Part shown: one piece after another, positions 36,415 through 47,912 of the stretch
Layout: each line of letters begins with the position of its first letter
Position numbering within the stretch: position 1 is the stretch's first letter
Assembly (NCBI RefSeq): GCF_001194135.2
Contig: NC_068985.1
Span: 49,697,486 to 49,749,144 of the forward strand
Source: Octopus bimaculoides
Lineage: Eukaryota
Direction: 5' to 3'
DNA length: 51,659 nucleotides
Translations under genes and position numbers: made by a program
Notes under the pieces: model-generated
Database searches by the model: none
Told to the model about the DNA's origin: nothing
The model's input: only the letters and a program-made list of their open reading frames with translations

Positions 36415-36476
<62 letters not shown>
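36415..36476. repeat. (CT)n microsatellite; a complex (TG)-rich tract follows at about 36651-36830
   Basis: Read directly. Confidence 0.95.
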
Positions 36477-36480
<4 letters not shown>

Positions 36481-37759
36481 AAAGATGCGACTGTTGATAT
36501 GCGATTAAGGTGGACAAAGTAGCAAAAACATAAAATAGGACGAATAATAAGGGATCAAATAAATACCTCAATCAACAGCGGTCATCTTAACATTTTAACT
36601 CATGAAAACAAAAATACATACAGCAGGTGAAACCTCTCAAATCTAACTTCCATGTGTGTGTATGTGTGTATGTGTATGTGTACGTATGTGCGCGTGTGTA
36701 TGTGCGTATGTATGTGTATGAGCGTATGTTTGTATGTGCGTATGTGCATGTGAGCGCGTGTGTGTGAGCATGTGTGTGTGTGTGAGCGTGTGTGTGTGTG
36801 TGAGAGAGCGTGTGTGCGCGTGCGTGCGTGCGTTTGTCTGCCTTTTCAAACATACAATCTCTCGAAATCCTACATGTAAAAAACATTGCGATGAAAGTAA
36901 AAATAAACTGTCATTAATAAAAAGGCGTGTATCTTAAATACAATACAAAAGACATCTGTGATAAAAACAGTATATGTGTGTGGTGTGTGTGTGAACGTTG
37001 CTACATATACACACACACACACACACAGAGTAGACATGCTTTTTATACTTGCCACTTCCAACTTTCGTGTAGTGCAGGCGTTACTAAAATAGATATATGA
37101 AGTATTGATTAAAATTTGTCATACTTCAATTATTTCTGAGTCAATATATATATATATAAAAAAAAAAAAAACTCGGTTTAATTCAACTCGATGTATTTCC
37201 TTTCCACCTTCCTACATATAACTGCATTATACTAATTTCTTTTAGAATTCAAACGGTTTTACTTTTTGGTAACTTCTGACTTACATTCGAGGCCAAGGTA
37301 TGTCTCAGATAGAGATATACAGTTGACGCTAACAGCGCGGAGAGGAATGGACGCCGCCTAGTCAACTTGTCCATGATACATTCATGATGATGATAACCAG
37401 ACCAGAACCCATACTGGATCGGTCCATCAAAAGTGGACAGGCCTCATGTCTTCGAAGAGCTGTTACGATGATAGTACTCTTTTTTTTTTTTTCCAGTATT
37501 TTTTGTAATTTTCCATCAGAGTATGTGATATAATAAAACGATAAAGAAGTACCAAAGAAAAAAATTATTTTAATCGTGAGAGCTATTCCGAAGGCACGAT
37601 GAAGGGTGGGTGGTGTTTAAGAAATTTGAAAAACATTGAATTTTGAATAAATATTTTCTAAAGTACGAATTGCTTGTGTTTTAGAATATTACAAAAGACG
37701 TTTAGTACCAATAAAAATTCCAGTTTATTTGTAACAGCCATTCCCAAAGTTTGCCGGTT

Positions 37760-38215
37760 GACAATACTGAAAATCATATGTGCATGGAACTTAAAACAGA
37801 AGTTATTATACAAGTTATTGATAACTTAAGTGTTTTTTGATAAAGAAAAGAAATTCTATAAGGAAATGCTATTCTGTAAATCGTTGAGGGAGAAACAATT
37901 TTTGAAATTTATTTTGAAGATGATATATTCCTTTCAGCATGGTATAATGCACAACTTACGGTACACCATCTATGACAGGTCACCGAGTTGATATGGTCTT
38001 ATATATCAAAAGAGACATATCTGGTCTACTTGCAATAATCCACTAACAACTTATTTAAAAGCTTAATGAACAGCTATCTTCAAATTGGACTTTAGTAAAG
38101 CTTGAACCTTAAGCATTATGCTTTTTTGTTAGTTATGTGAAAACAATCATGAAAATTTTGGAAGTACTTCTGCACACCGAAGTTCAACGGCTGTCAAAAA
38201 GGAACTAACATCGAA
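37760..38215 (+). mobile_element. hAT Buster/Charlie-type transposase remnant
   Basis: EMLFCKSL (37863), GETIFE, GTPSMTGH...YIKRDISGLLAIIH (37960, cf. DGAPSMTG...HC), LCENNHENF(fs)VLLHTEVQRLSKR (38164, cf. LLLHTEVRWLSKG). Confidence 0.82.
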
Positions 38216-38413
38216 ATTTTAATTACAAATTACGCTAACCAACTAACAAAAGACATAATGACAAAATGAGCAGTATGAATTTGCAAGAGGAACATTAACC
38301 ATATCGACCTCTCTCGTCTCGGAGAGTCTGCTAAGGAAATGGGTTGTACCCGTTGCCTTCAAACTATGAAAAGAAGGGGGAAGGGTCTGTGCAAGCAATG
38401 TGCATAGTCTCTT

Positions 38414-38940
38414 GCTTGTTTTGTTTTTTTTACCGACAAGGGGCTAAATATAGAGGTTTATACAGCACAAAAGACAATACAAATCATAAAATCGGGGAAA
38501 TAAAAATACAAAAAGGAAATCAAGCAAAGAAGAAAAAATAAAAGAAACGAATGAAATTATGAATGATAACATGAGGTGCAATACCCACACGACCCCCGAA
38601 GTCGAGTGGTTACATTTACACATGATTTTAGACAGTTTTTCCTCTTCCTCGCCTTTTTTTTTTTTTTTGAAAACAAAAAGTTCACATTTTCATCATAGTT
38701 TTTTTTTCCATATTGTTCATAATTATATTTCCCATCTTCTTAATTCTTCATATTCCACTACGGGCGGCGGAATATCATACAAACACAGCCCGTCAATCAT
38801 ACTCACCAATTAACCCCCATGTATCCATGAATACCTCATATCTTTCTTCACTCACTAGAATACCCTTTTCATTTTCATTAAATTTCTCTCTGGGCAACTT
38901 CACCCTCACTAGTCTTTTCCACTTTGATATTCGTCTTTCT
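38414..38940 (-). mobile_element. 5'-truncated LINE 3' stub with a 19-bp target-site duplication
   Basis: GCAATGTGCATAGTCTCTT at 38395-38413 and 38941-38959. The minus strand ends in an A-rich tail; residual frame KRLVRVKLPREKFNE...FMDTW resembles the Tx1 C-terminus. Confidence 0.75.
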
Positions 38941-39269
38941 GCAATGTGCATAGTCTCTTCCTCAAAGTCCAATTAATAATTAAGATATTAAACATTTAAC
39001 GGATTGATTAGCTTACTTCTGGCACTGGTAAAACTACAATTTTTTGGGTTCCAAATGACTCAGATATAACAGAAGAAAGAAATACAAGAAAACAAGTTTT
39101 AATTTAACTGTTACACTTCATTCAACCGCTAAATAAACGGTACAGCAAACGTTGGTACATCTGGAATGATACTGTCTGAAGAAAATATACTTATGGTTTC
39201 CCATGCAGTTGGAACTTAATGGTGTGTGTTTGACACAACACACGTCGAGGCTATCTGCGAAATAACTCT

Positions 39270-39342
39270 CCTTCCTCCATTCCGAGGTCCGAACGCAACC
39301 TTCCTTCCTCCATTCCGAGGTCCGAACGCAACCTTCCTTCCT
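39270..39342. repeat. Perfect 33-bp tandem duplication (2.2 copies)
   Basis: ccttcctccattccgaggtccgaacgcaacctt at 39270-39302 and 39303-39335. Confidence 0.95.
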
Positions 39343-39473
39343 ACCCCATTGAAGAATAACGGCAAAGATACCTCTTCTTAAGCTGTTCCTTTGATTTTAA
39401 TTGCTTGAAGAGTTTTTTTTTTTTTGTTTTTGCTTTACAGCGGTTCGGCTGTTGTGCTTTCTCTCTGTGCGAG

Positions 39474-39725
39474 ATGGCCAGGTATTCTTCGGAAAACTCT
39501 GTATACTCAGACATTAGCGAATACGAGCTGTCGTCATCGGAGGAGGAGGTCGTGAGAGCGGTGCAAAAGATGGACAGGTGTTTGAAAGGAAGGACCTTCG
39601 CTGAAGCCAGGGACGTGAACGTGAAGAATTTGAGAAAAGACGTTGTTCAAGCGTTGTTGGATAGCCCGCGTAAAACCAGGATTCGATCGATGTATAATAC
39701 ACCATCACGTGATCAGATTATGTGA
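39474..39725 (+). pseudogene. 83-aa ORF (MARYSSENSVYSDISEYELSSSEEEVV...), probably the N-terminus of a LINE ORF1; a host exon is not excluded
   Basis: GC- and CpG-rich ATG ORF after a T-tract and ttacAG at 39440; the frame reads PLEEK past the TGA. The ORF1 assignment is from recall of octopus L1/Tx1-like proteins, not a motif match. Confidence 0.42.
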
Positions 39726-39739
39726 CCACTTGAAGAAAA

Positions 39740-39960
39740 ACATGGCGTATGAGCCAATATCAGGGTGGCACCCCGTTGGTTACGACGTCGAGGGTTCCAG
39801 TTGATCCGATCAACGGAACAGCCTGCTCGTGGAATTAACGTGCAAGGGGCTGAACACTCCACAGACACGTGTATCCTTAACGTAGTTTTCGGGGAGATTC
39901 AACGTGACACAGAGTATGACAAGGTTGGCCCTTTGAAATACAGGTACAATAGAAACAACA
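39740..39960 (+). repeat. Probable interspersed repeat (SINE-like, unclassified)
   Basis: GC-rich block that truncates the preceding ORF; recalled as an octopus repeat, but only one copy is present in the window. Confidence 0.35.
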
Positions 39961-40009
39961 AAAAAGAGTAAGAGAAAGTTGTGATGAAAGAGTACAGGAG
40001 GGTTCACCC

Positions 40010-40058
40010 CCAACCCCAACCCCAACCCTAACCCTAACCCTAACCCTAACCCTAACCC
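40010..40058. repeat. (CCCCAA)/(CCCTAA)n telomere-like run entering the 40059-40728 gap
   Basis: ccccaaccccaaccccaaccctaaccctaaccctaaccctaaccctaaccc then N. Confidence 0.93.
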
Positions 40059-40728
40059 NNNNNNNNNNNNNNNNNNNNNNNNNNNNNNNNNNNNNNNNNN
40101 NNNNNNNNNNNNNNNNNNNNNNNNNNNNNNNNNNNNNNNNNNNNNNNNNNNNNNNNNNNNNNNNNNNNNNNNNNNNNNNNNNNNNNNNNNNNNNNNNNNN
40201 NNNNNNNNNNNNNNNNNNNNNNNNNNNNNNNNNNNNNNNNNNNNNNNNNNNNNNNNNNNNNNNNNNNNNNNNNNNNNNNNNNNNNNNNNNNNNNNNNNNN
40301 NNNNNNNNNNNNNNNNNNNNNNNNNNNNNNNNNNNNNNNNNNNNNNNNNNNNNNNNNNNNNNNNNNNNNNNNNNNNNNNNNNNNNNNNNNNNNNNNNNNN
40401 NNNNNNNNNNNNNNNNNNNNNNNNNNNNNNNNNNNNNNNNNNNNNNNNNNNNNNNNNNNNNNNNNNNNNNNNNNNNNNNNNNNNNNNNNNNNNNNNNNNN
40501 NNNNNNNNNNNNNNNNNNNNNNNNNNNNNNNNNNNNNNNNNNNNNNNNNNNNNNNNNNNNNNNNNNNNNNNNNNNNNNNNNNNNNNNNNNNNNNNNNNNN
40601 NNNNNNNNNNNNNNNNNNNNNNNNNNNNNNNNNNNNNNNNNNNNNNNNNNNNNNNNNNNNNNNNNNNNNNNNNNNNNNNNNNNNNNNNNNNNNNNNNNNN
40701 NNNNNNNNNNNNNNNNNNNNNNNNNNNN

Positions 40729-40761
<33 letters not shown>

Positions 40762-40764
40762 TAG

Positions 40765-40880
40765 ACTCCGAAAAGATGAAAGGCAAGTCGAACTCGACGG
40801 AATTTGAACTCCGAGCACAGGGTGTTGAAACAGTATTGCTATATTGCTAAGCATTCTATCGAACTCTAACAACTCTTGAG
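40765..40880 (-). mobile_element. SINE A fragment after a poly-T run
   Basis: ccgaaaagatgaaaggcaagtcgaactcgacggaatttgaactc. Confidence 0.75.
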
Positions 40881-41952
40881 GCTTTGATGCATTACTTTGT
40901 TGCACCAAACAATGAGTTAAGGTTTCTTCAACCTTTTCTTTCCACCAGTCAAGAAGACTGCAAAAGAAAAGTCATTAGGCTGCTCTTCATTCTCTGATTA
41001 AACCATAAAAAATATCTAAAAATAAAACTCTTATAATCCAAATTTGAATTCAATGTGGAGAGCATCAATAACCATAATATTTGTGTCCTGCATAACTCCA
41101 AAAGTTGCGAGAATACGAATAACAAGTGTTCAATACCCCAAGGATAAAATTGTGTTATGTTTACGTTTTAGTATGTGGTTTTACCATGCATCTTACATAA
41201 GAAAAGTGGAGCGATGAGCAACTACAGTAGCAGCTACCATAAATTTACCATACAGAAAATATGTACCTAAAAATAGTAGGAGGCCTCATTTCATGTATCC
41301 GATTCTCCTGTGAGTCTTCCCTACAGGAGAGAAGGTAAGAAATACATGATTACAGATTGTAGCAATGAAACAGATAAAAAAAAAAAGGACGAACTCCCCT
41401 AAGTTATATCTAATCTCATCTTGCAACAATAGTGAGTATTCTAGCACTGATATAGGTCTGATAAGTCTGTCATCAGGAGAAAAAATATAAAAAGACTAAT
41501 GTAACCGTATTATTGATAAGCACTACAAGCAACAACACAAACAGCAATAATCTTCATGATGGCATCTTGCATAATAATAGTTATTATACTCATATACCGC
41601 AGGGACATTAAGTATCTTCTTATAGATATTTCAATCCTAGCAGATAAAAGTTTTCCTTGAAAACAGAAATACCCAAGAAACTATTTAGTAGGCATATCGT
41701 GTGCTGTTTGGAAACATAATCTTAAGAATTCTGGGTGCATTGGAAGGAGGAAAATAAACAAAGACCAACAACGTATTGTTGGTCTACGTGGTCTTTCACG
41801 TCTACACAATATGCACAACTTTTATTTATTTACACTCGTAAATTTTTAACTATAGAGAAAGTTGTAACTTACGAACAAAACTTATAGAGGAGACTCTCCG
41901 GCCTCAGCAATTTGTCCACTGCGTATACAACACTACGAGAGATCCTCTATGT

Positions 41953-42065
41953 CAGGCATGGGTAACCATTTTTTTTTTTTTGAGAAATGGCCTTTTTTTT
42001 CTCTCTTTTTGCGAGTAGCGGCCCGCACAAGACATAACTTGTCATCAGGCGGGCCGCACTACTAA
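41953..42065. mobile_element. Possible hAT MITE left-end fragment
   Basis: CAGGCATGGGTAACC start and a gcggcccgc / gcgggccgc inverted motif typical of Charlie-type MITEs; no right end found. Confidence 0.4.
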
Positions 42066-42072
42066 AAAAAAA

Positions 42073-42226
42073 TTCGGTGCTACTTTAGCGGGCGATCTAC
42101 TGCAGAATCTATAATCTACGCTGTGAAATAAATGGATCTAGATTAGGGTTAGGGTTAAGGCAGGGTTAAACAGCACGCTAAAGTATAAATGGCCAGGTAA
42201 GCCGTACGCTAAAATGGTACCAAAAA
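42073..42226. mobile_element. Second copy of the 150-bp IR element, with TTAGGGTTAGGGTTAAGG inside
   Basis: Collinear with 33545-33690. Confidence 0.7.
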
Positions 42227-42289
42227 TCCAAGGTACTTCTTCGTTAAACGTGCCATTCAGAAAGTCACGCGAACCACAGTTTGCCCATG

Positions 42290-42490
42290 AATGCTCAGGT
42301 GATCGGGCGACCTACTAGAAATAGGTGACAATTCTTGCTCAAATTACAACCTCTCGTTTTGAAATGAGTAAAGCGTTGGATAAATGTAGTTCTAGATATG
42401 TGAAACCCAAAGAATGATGGAGTGGTCATAGTAGGAACGCCATCGATCATATCTGCTAAGTCTGGGTTGACTTGGAGCTAAACAACGCCA
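42290..42490 (+). repeat. Interspersed family E copy
   Basis: gacctactagaaatag...caaattacaacc...ggataaatgtagttctagat...tggtcatag...ggagctaaacaac. Confidence 0.6.
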
Positions 42491-43269
42491 CGAACAAAGA
42501 TAACCGTCCACTAATTGAAAAATATGTTAAACCTTACGAAATGTCAGAATATCTATTCTAATGGAAAGTTTGAAATTTGAAAAGGCAAATGATAGTGAAG
42601 AACTTTAAAAATTATGTATATCGTTTAGAGGAGAAGGAGAAAGAGAGAGACTGATCGATTCGACGATATAAGCTTTCAGAAGTTTTTATCAGAAAACAAA
42701 ATAAGGAAAAGAAAAAGACTACATTGTATGGAATTAATTCATATTTTCAATAGTGATTCTTTTTAAACTTTAGTTGAGAAACAAAAATAAATCATGGTCT
42801 GAATTCTCTGGGAAGCTTACAACCTACTTCTCAGACTCTCGCCAACTCATTCACAATTGTTTTTTTAATTTTTTTTTAATCCCACATCTGCGAGGAAAGA
42901 GAAATACTGGCGCATTAAATTAAATAGATTGACGGAGATATTTTGTTTTATGATCCAGACAATGAAACTACTGAAGTTAGCAGAGATTGTCATTTGCGTG
43001 AAACTCAGTGAAATGTGAAAGTAAAAAAATTGTTTTCTTTGAAACGAGATAAAATTGATACAAACCTCATATAATAAAATGGTAATTGTAAAATCCGAGT
43101 TTTTGTAAAGTATTTTTTATACATTTTATTATAATTTGTTGAATAATAAAAATCTAAGAATTAGACATGATAATACTGCCAAAGGAGTATAAAACGTTTT
43201 CTTTGTGCGACTGCAACCAAGTAAATTCCTGCAAATATGTATGAAAAAAAAAAAGTCTGAAATGCCATG

Positions 43270-43850
43270 CATATCTCAATATTTACTTTTTACATTACTC
43301 TATGTCTCTTCAATTGTGTTTGTGTAGATAGATCGATCTCTTAGCTCTACAAAATAAAGAACATGATTTACAGTATAACCGCTGACAGGTCCAGACACCA
43401 GCTTTAAGTTAGAGTACCTAACAAGGCATTATCAATGATGATTGATAACAATGTCGCAGCGTTTCCATCAGGGACAAATATAGTGATACTCTTATTCAGA
43501 GTGTTGCATTCCACCATGCCAACTACCTAGTGGCCCTTTTGATAATGACCACGATGGTATTTGGAGTCCATGGACTTCGACCTCCAAAATACACTATTTC
43601 CGCTAATCTGTACAAGATAATCGATACACCATACAGCATATGTCTAAAGTAGCTGTACAAGATAGCTATTGCTTCTCTACTGATACCGACCTCTTCTCTA
43701 TAACAATTTGTTTGCAGTCAACTGCAGTCCACCGATACATAAGCACTGAAGGCGAAGCTGTGAGATATGAGACTGAGAGAGATAGAATCTTGTCTGATAC
43801 ATTGCCAAGGCCTGCATATACAACACCTCCAAGCTTTACCCTTTGAATAT
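43270..43850 (-). mobile_element. Merlin (ISXO2-like) transposase remnant
   Basis: Minus VQI...KYHRGHYQKGH*VVGMVEC...IFVPDGNAATLLSII, then GYTVNHVLYFVE...YTNTIEET*SNVK. Matches VxIDE..RKYxRG..WVFG, RxxxTLLPII, VNH..FV and HTNxIExxW. Confidence 0.82.
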
Positions 43851-44481
43851 ATCGTGGTTCAGCAAGCGCACTGGTTCATTATACAGTATACTGCTGGATT
43901 ATGAATTAACACCAAAGACGAAAAAAAGTGAATTTTACTTTCAATGCCACTCATCGTATTAATACAAATATCTTGAACGACATAATTCCTCGTAGTCAGT
44001 TGATCGATGTTAATCGGTGTTTATAATTCCCATAAGCACTTGTGTAATAGAGTTGGCTACTTTCTATATCATTAAACGAAACGTTGCCTTGTTTTCTTAC
44101 ACAGTAACATACTGAGTTAATAAAGAATCCTTTTCATGTTCGCCCAACATACTAGAAATAAGAGCCAAATTACCCTCGCTCCACCGCCTTGAAAATGTCG
44201 GGATACATCAGATAGTATGGTTCTAGATATGCACCTGGCCAAAAGAAGTTCGAGATGGTCGAACCCAATGGCGAAGTATTTGTGGGGAGGGCGGGGTTAA
44301 TCCAGCGCGTCGAAATATTATTTTCTTTAAAATAATCTTGTTATTGGAATGTCACATGTATACATGCGTTTTAATTTTAGATAAACGTTTACTGGTCTGG
44401 TATCCTTTCCTGCCATCTTCTGCCAAGTAGTAATGAACCTGAGAAGATACCATGCTTGATACCCTCTTTAGCTCTTTTATA

Positions 44482-44640
44482 TTTTACTTATTTCAGTCGT
44501 TATATGTAGTCATGCTAGAGCACCACCTTGAAGAATTTTTAGTTGAATGAATTGACCCCAATAATTTTTTCTTCTTTTTAAGCCTGGTATTTATTCTATC
44601 AGTTTCTTTTGCCAAACTGCTAAGTTGTGGTCATGTAAAA
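44482..44640 (-). mobile_element. SINE B 3' half
   Basis: ttcagtc...catgctagagcaccacc...aagcctggtatttattctatc...cttttgccaaactgctaag. Confidence 0.75.
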
Positions 44641-44799
44641 GATACCCTTTTTAAAAGATAGGTATTGCAAGTAGATTTTTTTTTATCTAAATCCTTCACA
44701 TGTCACCTAAAAAAAATTGCCGTATGTCACAGCAGACACACGTGTAATAGATTTGCCATTATTATCCATAATTCAATGGGATTAGTTTGTAACTTCCAG

Positions 44800-44847
44800 C
44801 CAAACAACCAGCTTCATATACAATTATCTGCCTCTCATCGCAGACTG
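44800..44847 (+). CDS. Candidate 48-nt exon
   Basis: ttgtaacttccAG| ... CTG|GTAAGC; all three frames are open and no partner exon was identified. Confidence 0.25.
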
Positions 44848-45169
44848 GTAAGCTTCCGTTGTACATTTTTTTCTTTCAACTATGAAGATAACGTTCTGTT
44901 TGTATACGTTCCTGGACATCCCCAACACTACCAACAAACCATGAATGATTTCAGAGCTTAGCAAGGAAGATCGTTGAGGATATTACCTTTTATGCTGCGA
45001 TACTCGCTTATATTCTCCACATGCAGTTCCTGTTTGTGAACTATTAGTTTACAACTTAATAGTTTCCGCACATATTCTCGATAACATATCATCGTTACGT
45101 CGCAGTTCGTGGCTTCTAAATTATTATTCATTTATTTTACACTTAATGAGGCTCTTCCGATGAGGAAGT

Positions 45170-45345
45170 CTCTACATGGTCGCATGACTAACTAAAAATA
45201 GTAACCAAATTTCAATCAAATCACACCCTATTGTCTTGAGAAATGAAAGGCACATTAGATTGTGTAATCATACAGGATGGTCATGACTGGAATAACTTTC
45301 ATCATAGACCTACTCTGTTCGGGTTGGCTAGTGGTAAACAACTGG
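45170..45345 (+). repeat. Interspersed family E copy
   Basis: aaaaatagtaaccaaat...aaatcacaccctattgtctt...ggatggtcatgactggaa...gtaaacaac. Confidence 0.6.
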
Positions 45346-46209
45346 CGTATTTTGTCGATAATTTTGGATAATAATTATCAACTTTGGTCTTAGTATTATT
45401 TTACTTGCCCGAAATCGCTGCTCGTAATTTTTGCGTTGTGTTTACTACAGCAGTACAAATACATACCACATTAATTGCCTGTGAATTGATTGATAATTAC
45501 ACTAAGATGATTCATTTCCTACCGGCTCTTTTTGTACATAGCGTCAGTGGCCTTATAAATGTCAGTTTAGACAAAGGTTTCTTGAAGCTAAAAAGAGAGA
45601 AAATAGAAACGCTTCTGACAATGCAGAAAGTTTAATAAAACCCTTATATTTCAGGCGCAAAGGCGCATCTTCAGAAGAAAAAACAGTCTGAGAAAACTCC
45701 ATTTATGTAGTTTCCGTTAACCCATTCAAATTCCAAGTTTCTTGTTTGAATTAAATCCAGTTCAGTACAATGTAAATATCCAAGAATAAACCACCAGGTG
45801 ATGACGATAAAGGATCAAACTTGATCGAAATGTGATGTGGATGTATATATCAAAGCTTTCATCTCAAAAAATTAGGTCAAGATTCCGAAAAATCATAATC
45901 TTAAGCGAAAACCTCCAAGAGTTATAAAAAGATTTACGTAAATCTTTTTATAATTCTTACGAATGAAAGGTAAGCAAGTGTCATGGCGATGAATACAATC
46001 ATGTTGCTGAAGCGGCCAACGTTTCTTATTTGCTGTAAATAATTTGTGGAATGTTGTCACCACGGTTAATTTAGTACACAAAATGCTGGTTCAACCAAAA
46101 ACTGATTTTTTTTTTCTACATTGAATTCTATGTTGAAATCAAAGTTAAAATCTACCTCGAACCGTCAAAGGCTATTAGACCAGAACTCATCCCGATGCCA
46201 TTTTTAAGC

Positions 46210-46415
46210 AACTGAGAATACAAGACTCCCCCTCTGAATGGAACACGAGTCTGATGCAGGGTTAACCTCTAAGCTGTCGCTAATACTCATTTTCAGATGA
46301 GCTAAGTGGTCTGAAACAACGTAAAACGAAGTGTCTTGCTCAAGGACACAATGCGCCGCCCAGTTCGAGAATCGAACCCACAACCAAATGATCATGAGTC
46401 CAACACCCAAACAAC
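46210..46415 (-). mobile_element. tRNA-headed SINE (family C type)
   Basis: Minus strand has GGGTTCGATTCTC (B box) then gcattgtgtccttgagcaagacactt, a motif of the CORE/V-type conserved SINE domains. Confidence 0.72.
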
Positions 46416-46761
46416 AAGCTAATGGAAGATTCTTTTAAAGATTGCAGATAGAATAGATACAGATCTAGACTAAACTTTATTTAATGGAGCAAATATATGT
46501 TCGAAGCATTCTAGTCGTAACCATCTTAGTCTTTTGAAGGTAATTTCAGACAATAATAATCTTTTTCTGACAACAGAGCGTGATTTTAGGAAGGTTGAGC
46601 TGCTCTTTCTATCAAGTCGAGCGACCACATAAAGATTCTTTTGTGTGCGAGGTTTATCTATACTGATGAAGCTTCGGACAGTCGTAGTGGTTATATGCAT
46701 ATAAGATAAACAATTTATAAAACTATTTTTTAATGATTCCCTAATATTTCTTTATATATCC

Positions 46762-47105
46762 GCAGTCATGGCTGTGTGGTTAAGAGCTACACTTCCCAAC
46801 AACATGATTTTCGATATAGTCACGCTGCGCAACACCTTCAGCAGGGGTCTTCTCCTATAGCCTGAACCAACCAAAGCCCTGTGAGTGTTTTTTTTTGTTA
46901 GAAAGTGAGAGAAGCCGTCGTGTGCATGCATACATACATGTTCATGTGTGTGTGTCATTGTGTCTGTTAGTTTCGCTACCACCACCACTTGACAACTGCA
47001 GTTGGTATGTTTGCGTCCCCGTCACTAAGTGGTTCGGCAAAAGAGACTAATGGAATAGTACCAGGCTTGAAAATAAGTACTAGAGTCGATTTGTTTGATT
47101 TGTAG
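46762..47105 (+). mobile_element. SINE B, decayed
   Basis: catggctgtgtggttaag head; ggttcggcaaaagagac and gtcgatttgtttg body. Confidence 0.8.
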
Positions 47106-47333
47106 CAAATTGCAGTTGCTGGGAGAGACACGGGATATATAGACCATTGTCGCGTGGAACGTTAATGCACAAATATTAAGGATTAAGCTGGCTACGCGTG
47201 TTATAACAAGAACAAAACTCGAAGATTTAACGATATATTTATTTAAGGGAAAGCTGAACATTTATCCATATACGAATTATCAGATACTCACTGATAGAGA
47301 AAAAGAAGATACAAGGTTCAACATTCGTAGCTT

Positions 47334-47780
47334 CTAAATTCTACAGTAATTAATGGCTTGTTCAAGATACAAGAACGAATTGATCTTGAATGAAACTGAG
47401 ATTTGAGATTTTCCGAATTTACTTTCCTTGCTTGCTTGTGGCGAGAAATGAAAACTTATTTTGCAGCAAAAAGCAAAGAGTTGTGTGACAAGAAGTGCCT
47501 TAGAAACAAGTGATTCTTCATAACACGGTCGTACAAGTACCAGAATGTATGTGTTGGAATCTGGTGAGTTTCTCAACTTCTGCAATTGCTTGGCAAGAGG
47601 TAAGATATCTGTTCTCAGTCGTAGTTTCGAATCTCCGCGCTTAGATCTTCGCAAGCACAGCTTATTACAAGAGAAAAGCGCGCGAATCTCAAGAACATTA
47701 ACTTTCGCTCTACTTGTGGCGTAATCTCCTATATCCAGTTGTGCAAATACCAAAATATCGATTATGTGTAGCACGTACAA
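47334..47780 (-). CDS. 148-codon open frame of unknown origin
   Basis: Longest gap-free, non-microsatellite open frame not assigned to a TE; internal acceptor ttttctcttgtaatAAG|CTGTGC; no motif recognised. Confidence 0.22.
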   Translation of the reverse strand: MYVLHIIDILVFAQLDIGDYATSRAKVNVLEIRALFSCNKLCLRRSKRGDSKLRLRTDILPLAKQLQKLRNSPDSNTYILVLVRPCYEESLVSKALLVTQLFAFCCKISFHFSPQASKESKFGKSQISVSFKINSFLYLEQAINYCRI

Positions 47781-47881
47781 ATAAATTAATACGAATTCTT
47801 AAGTGGATATCACTTACTCTATAATCATTATTTTTACACATACACACACACACACACACACACATATTGATAAGCAAACGT

Positions 47882-47912
<31 letters not shown>

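Noticed and set aside
43640-43846. 68-aa plus-strand ORF as a host gene
   Set aside because: It is the antisense frame of the Merlin transposase remnant.
45640-45680. Third hammerhead candidate (minus CTGAAGA-tgcgcctttgcgcct-GAAA)
   Set aside because: Stem II folds, but GAAAT cannot pair with a suitable NUH and stem I is missing.
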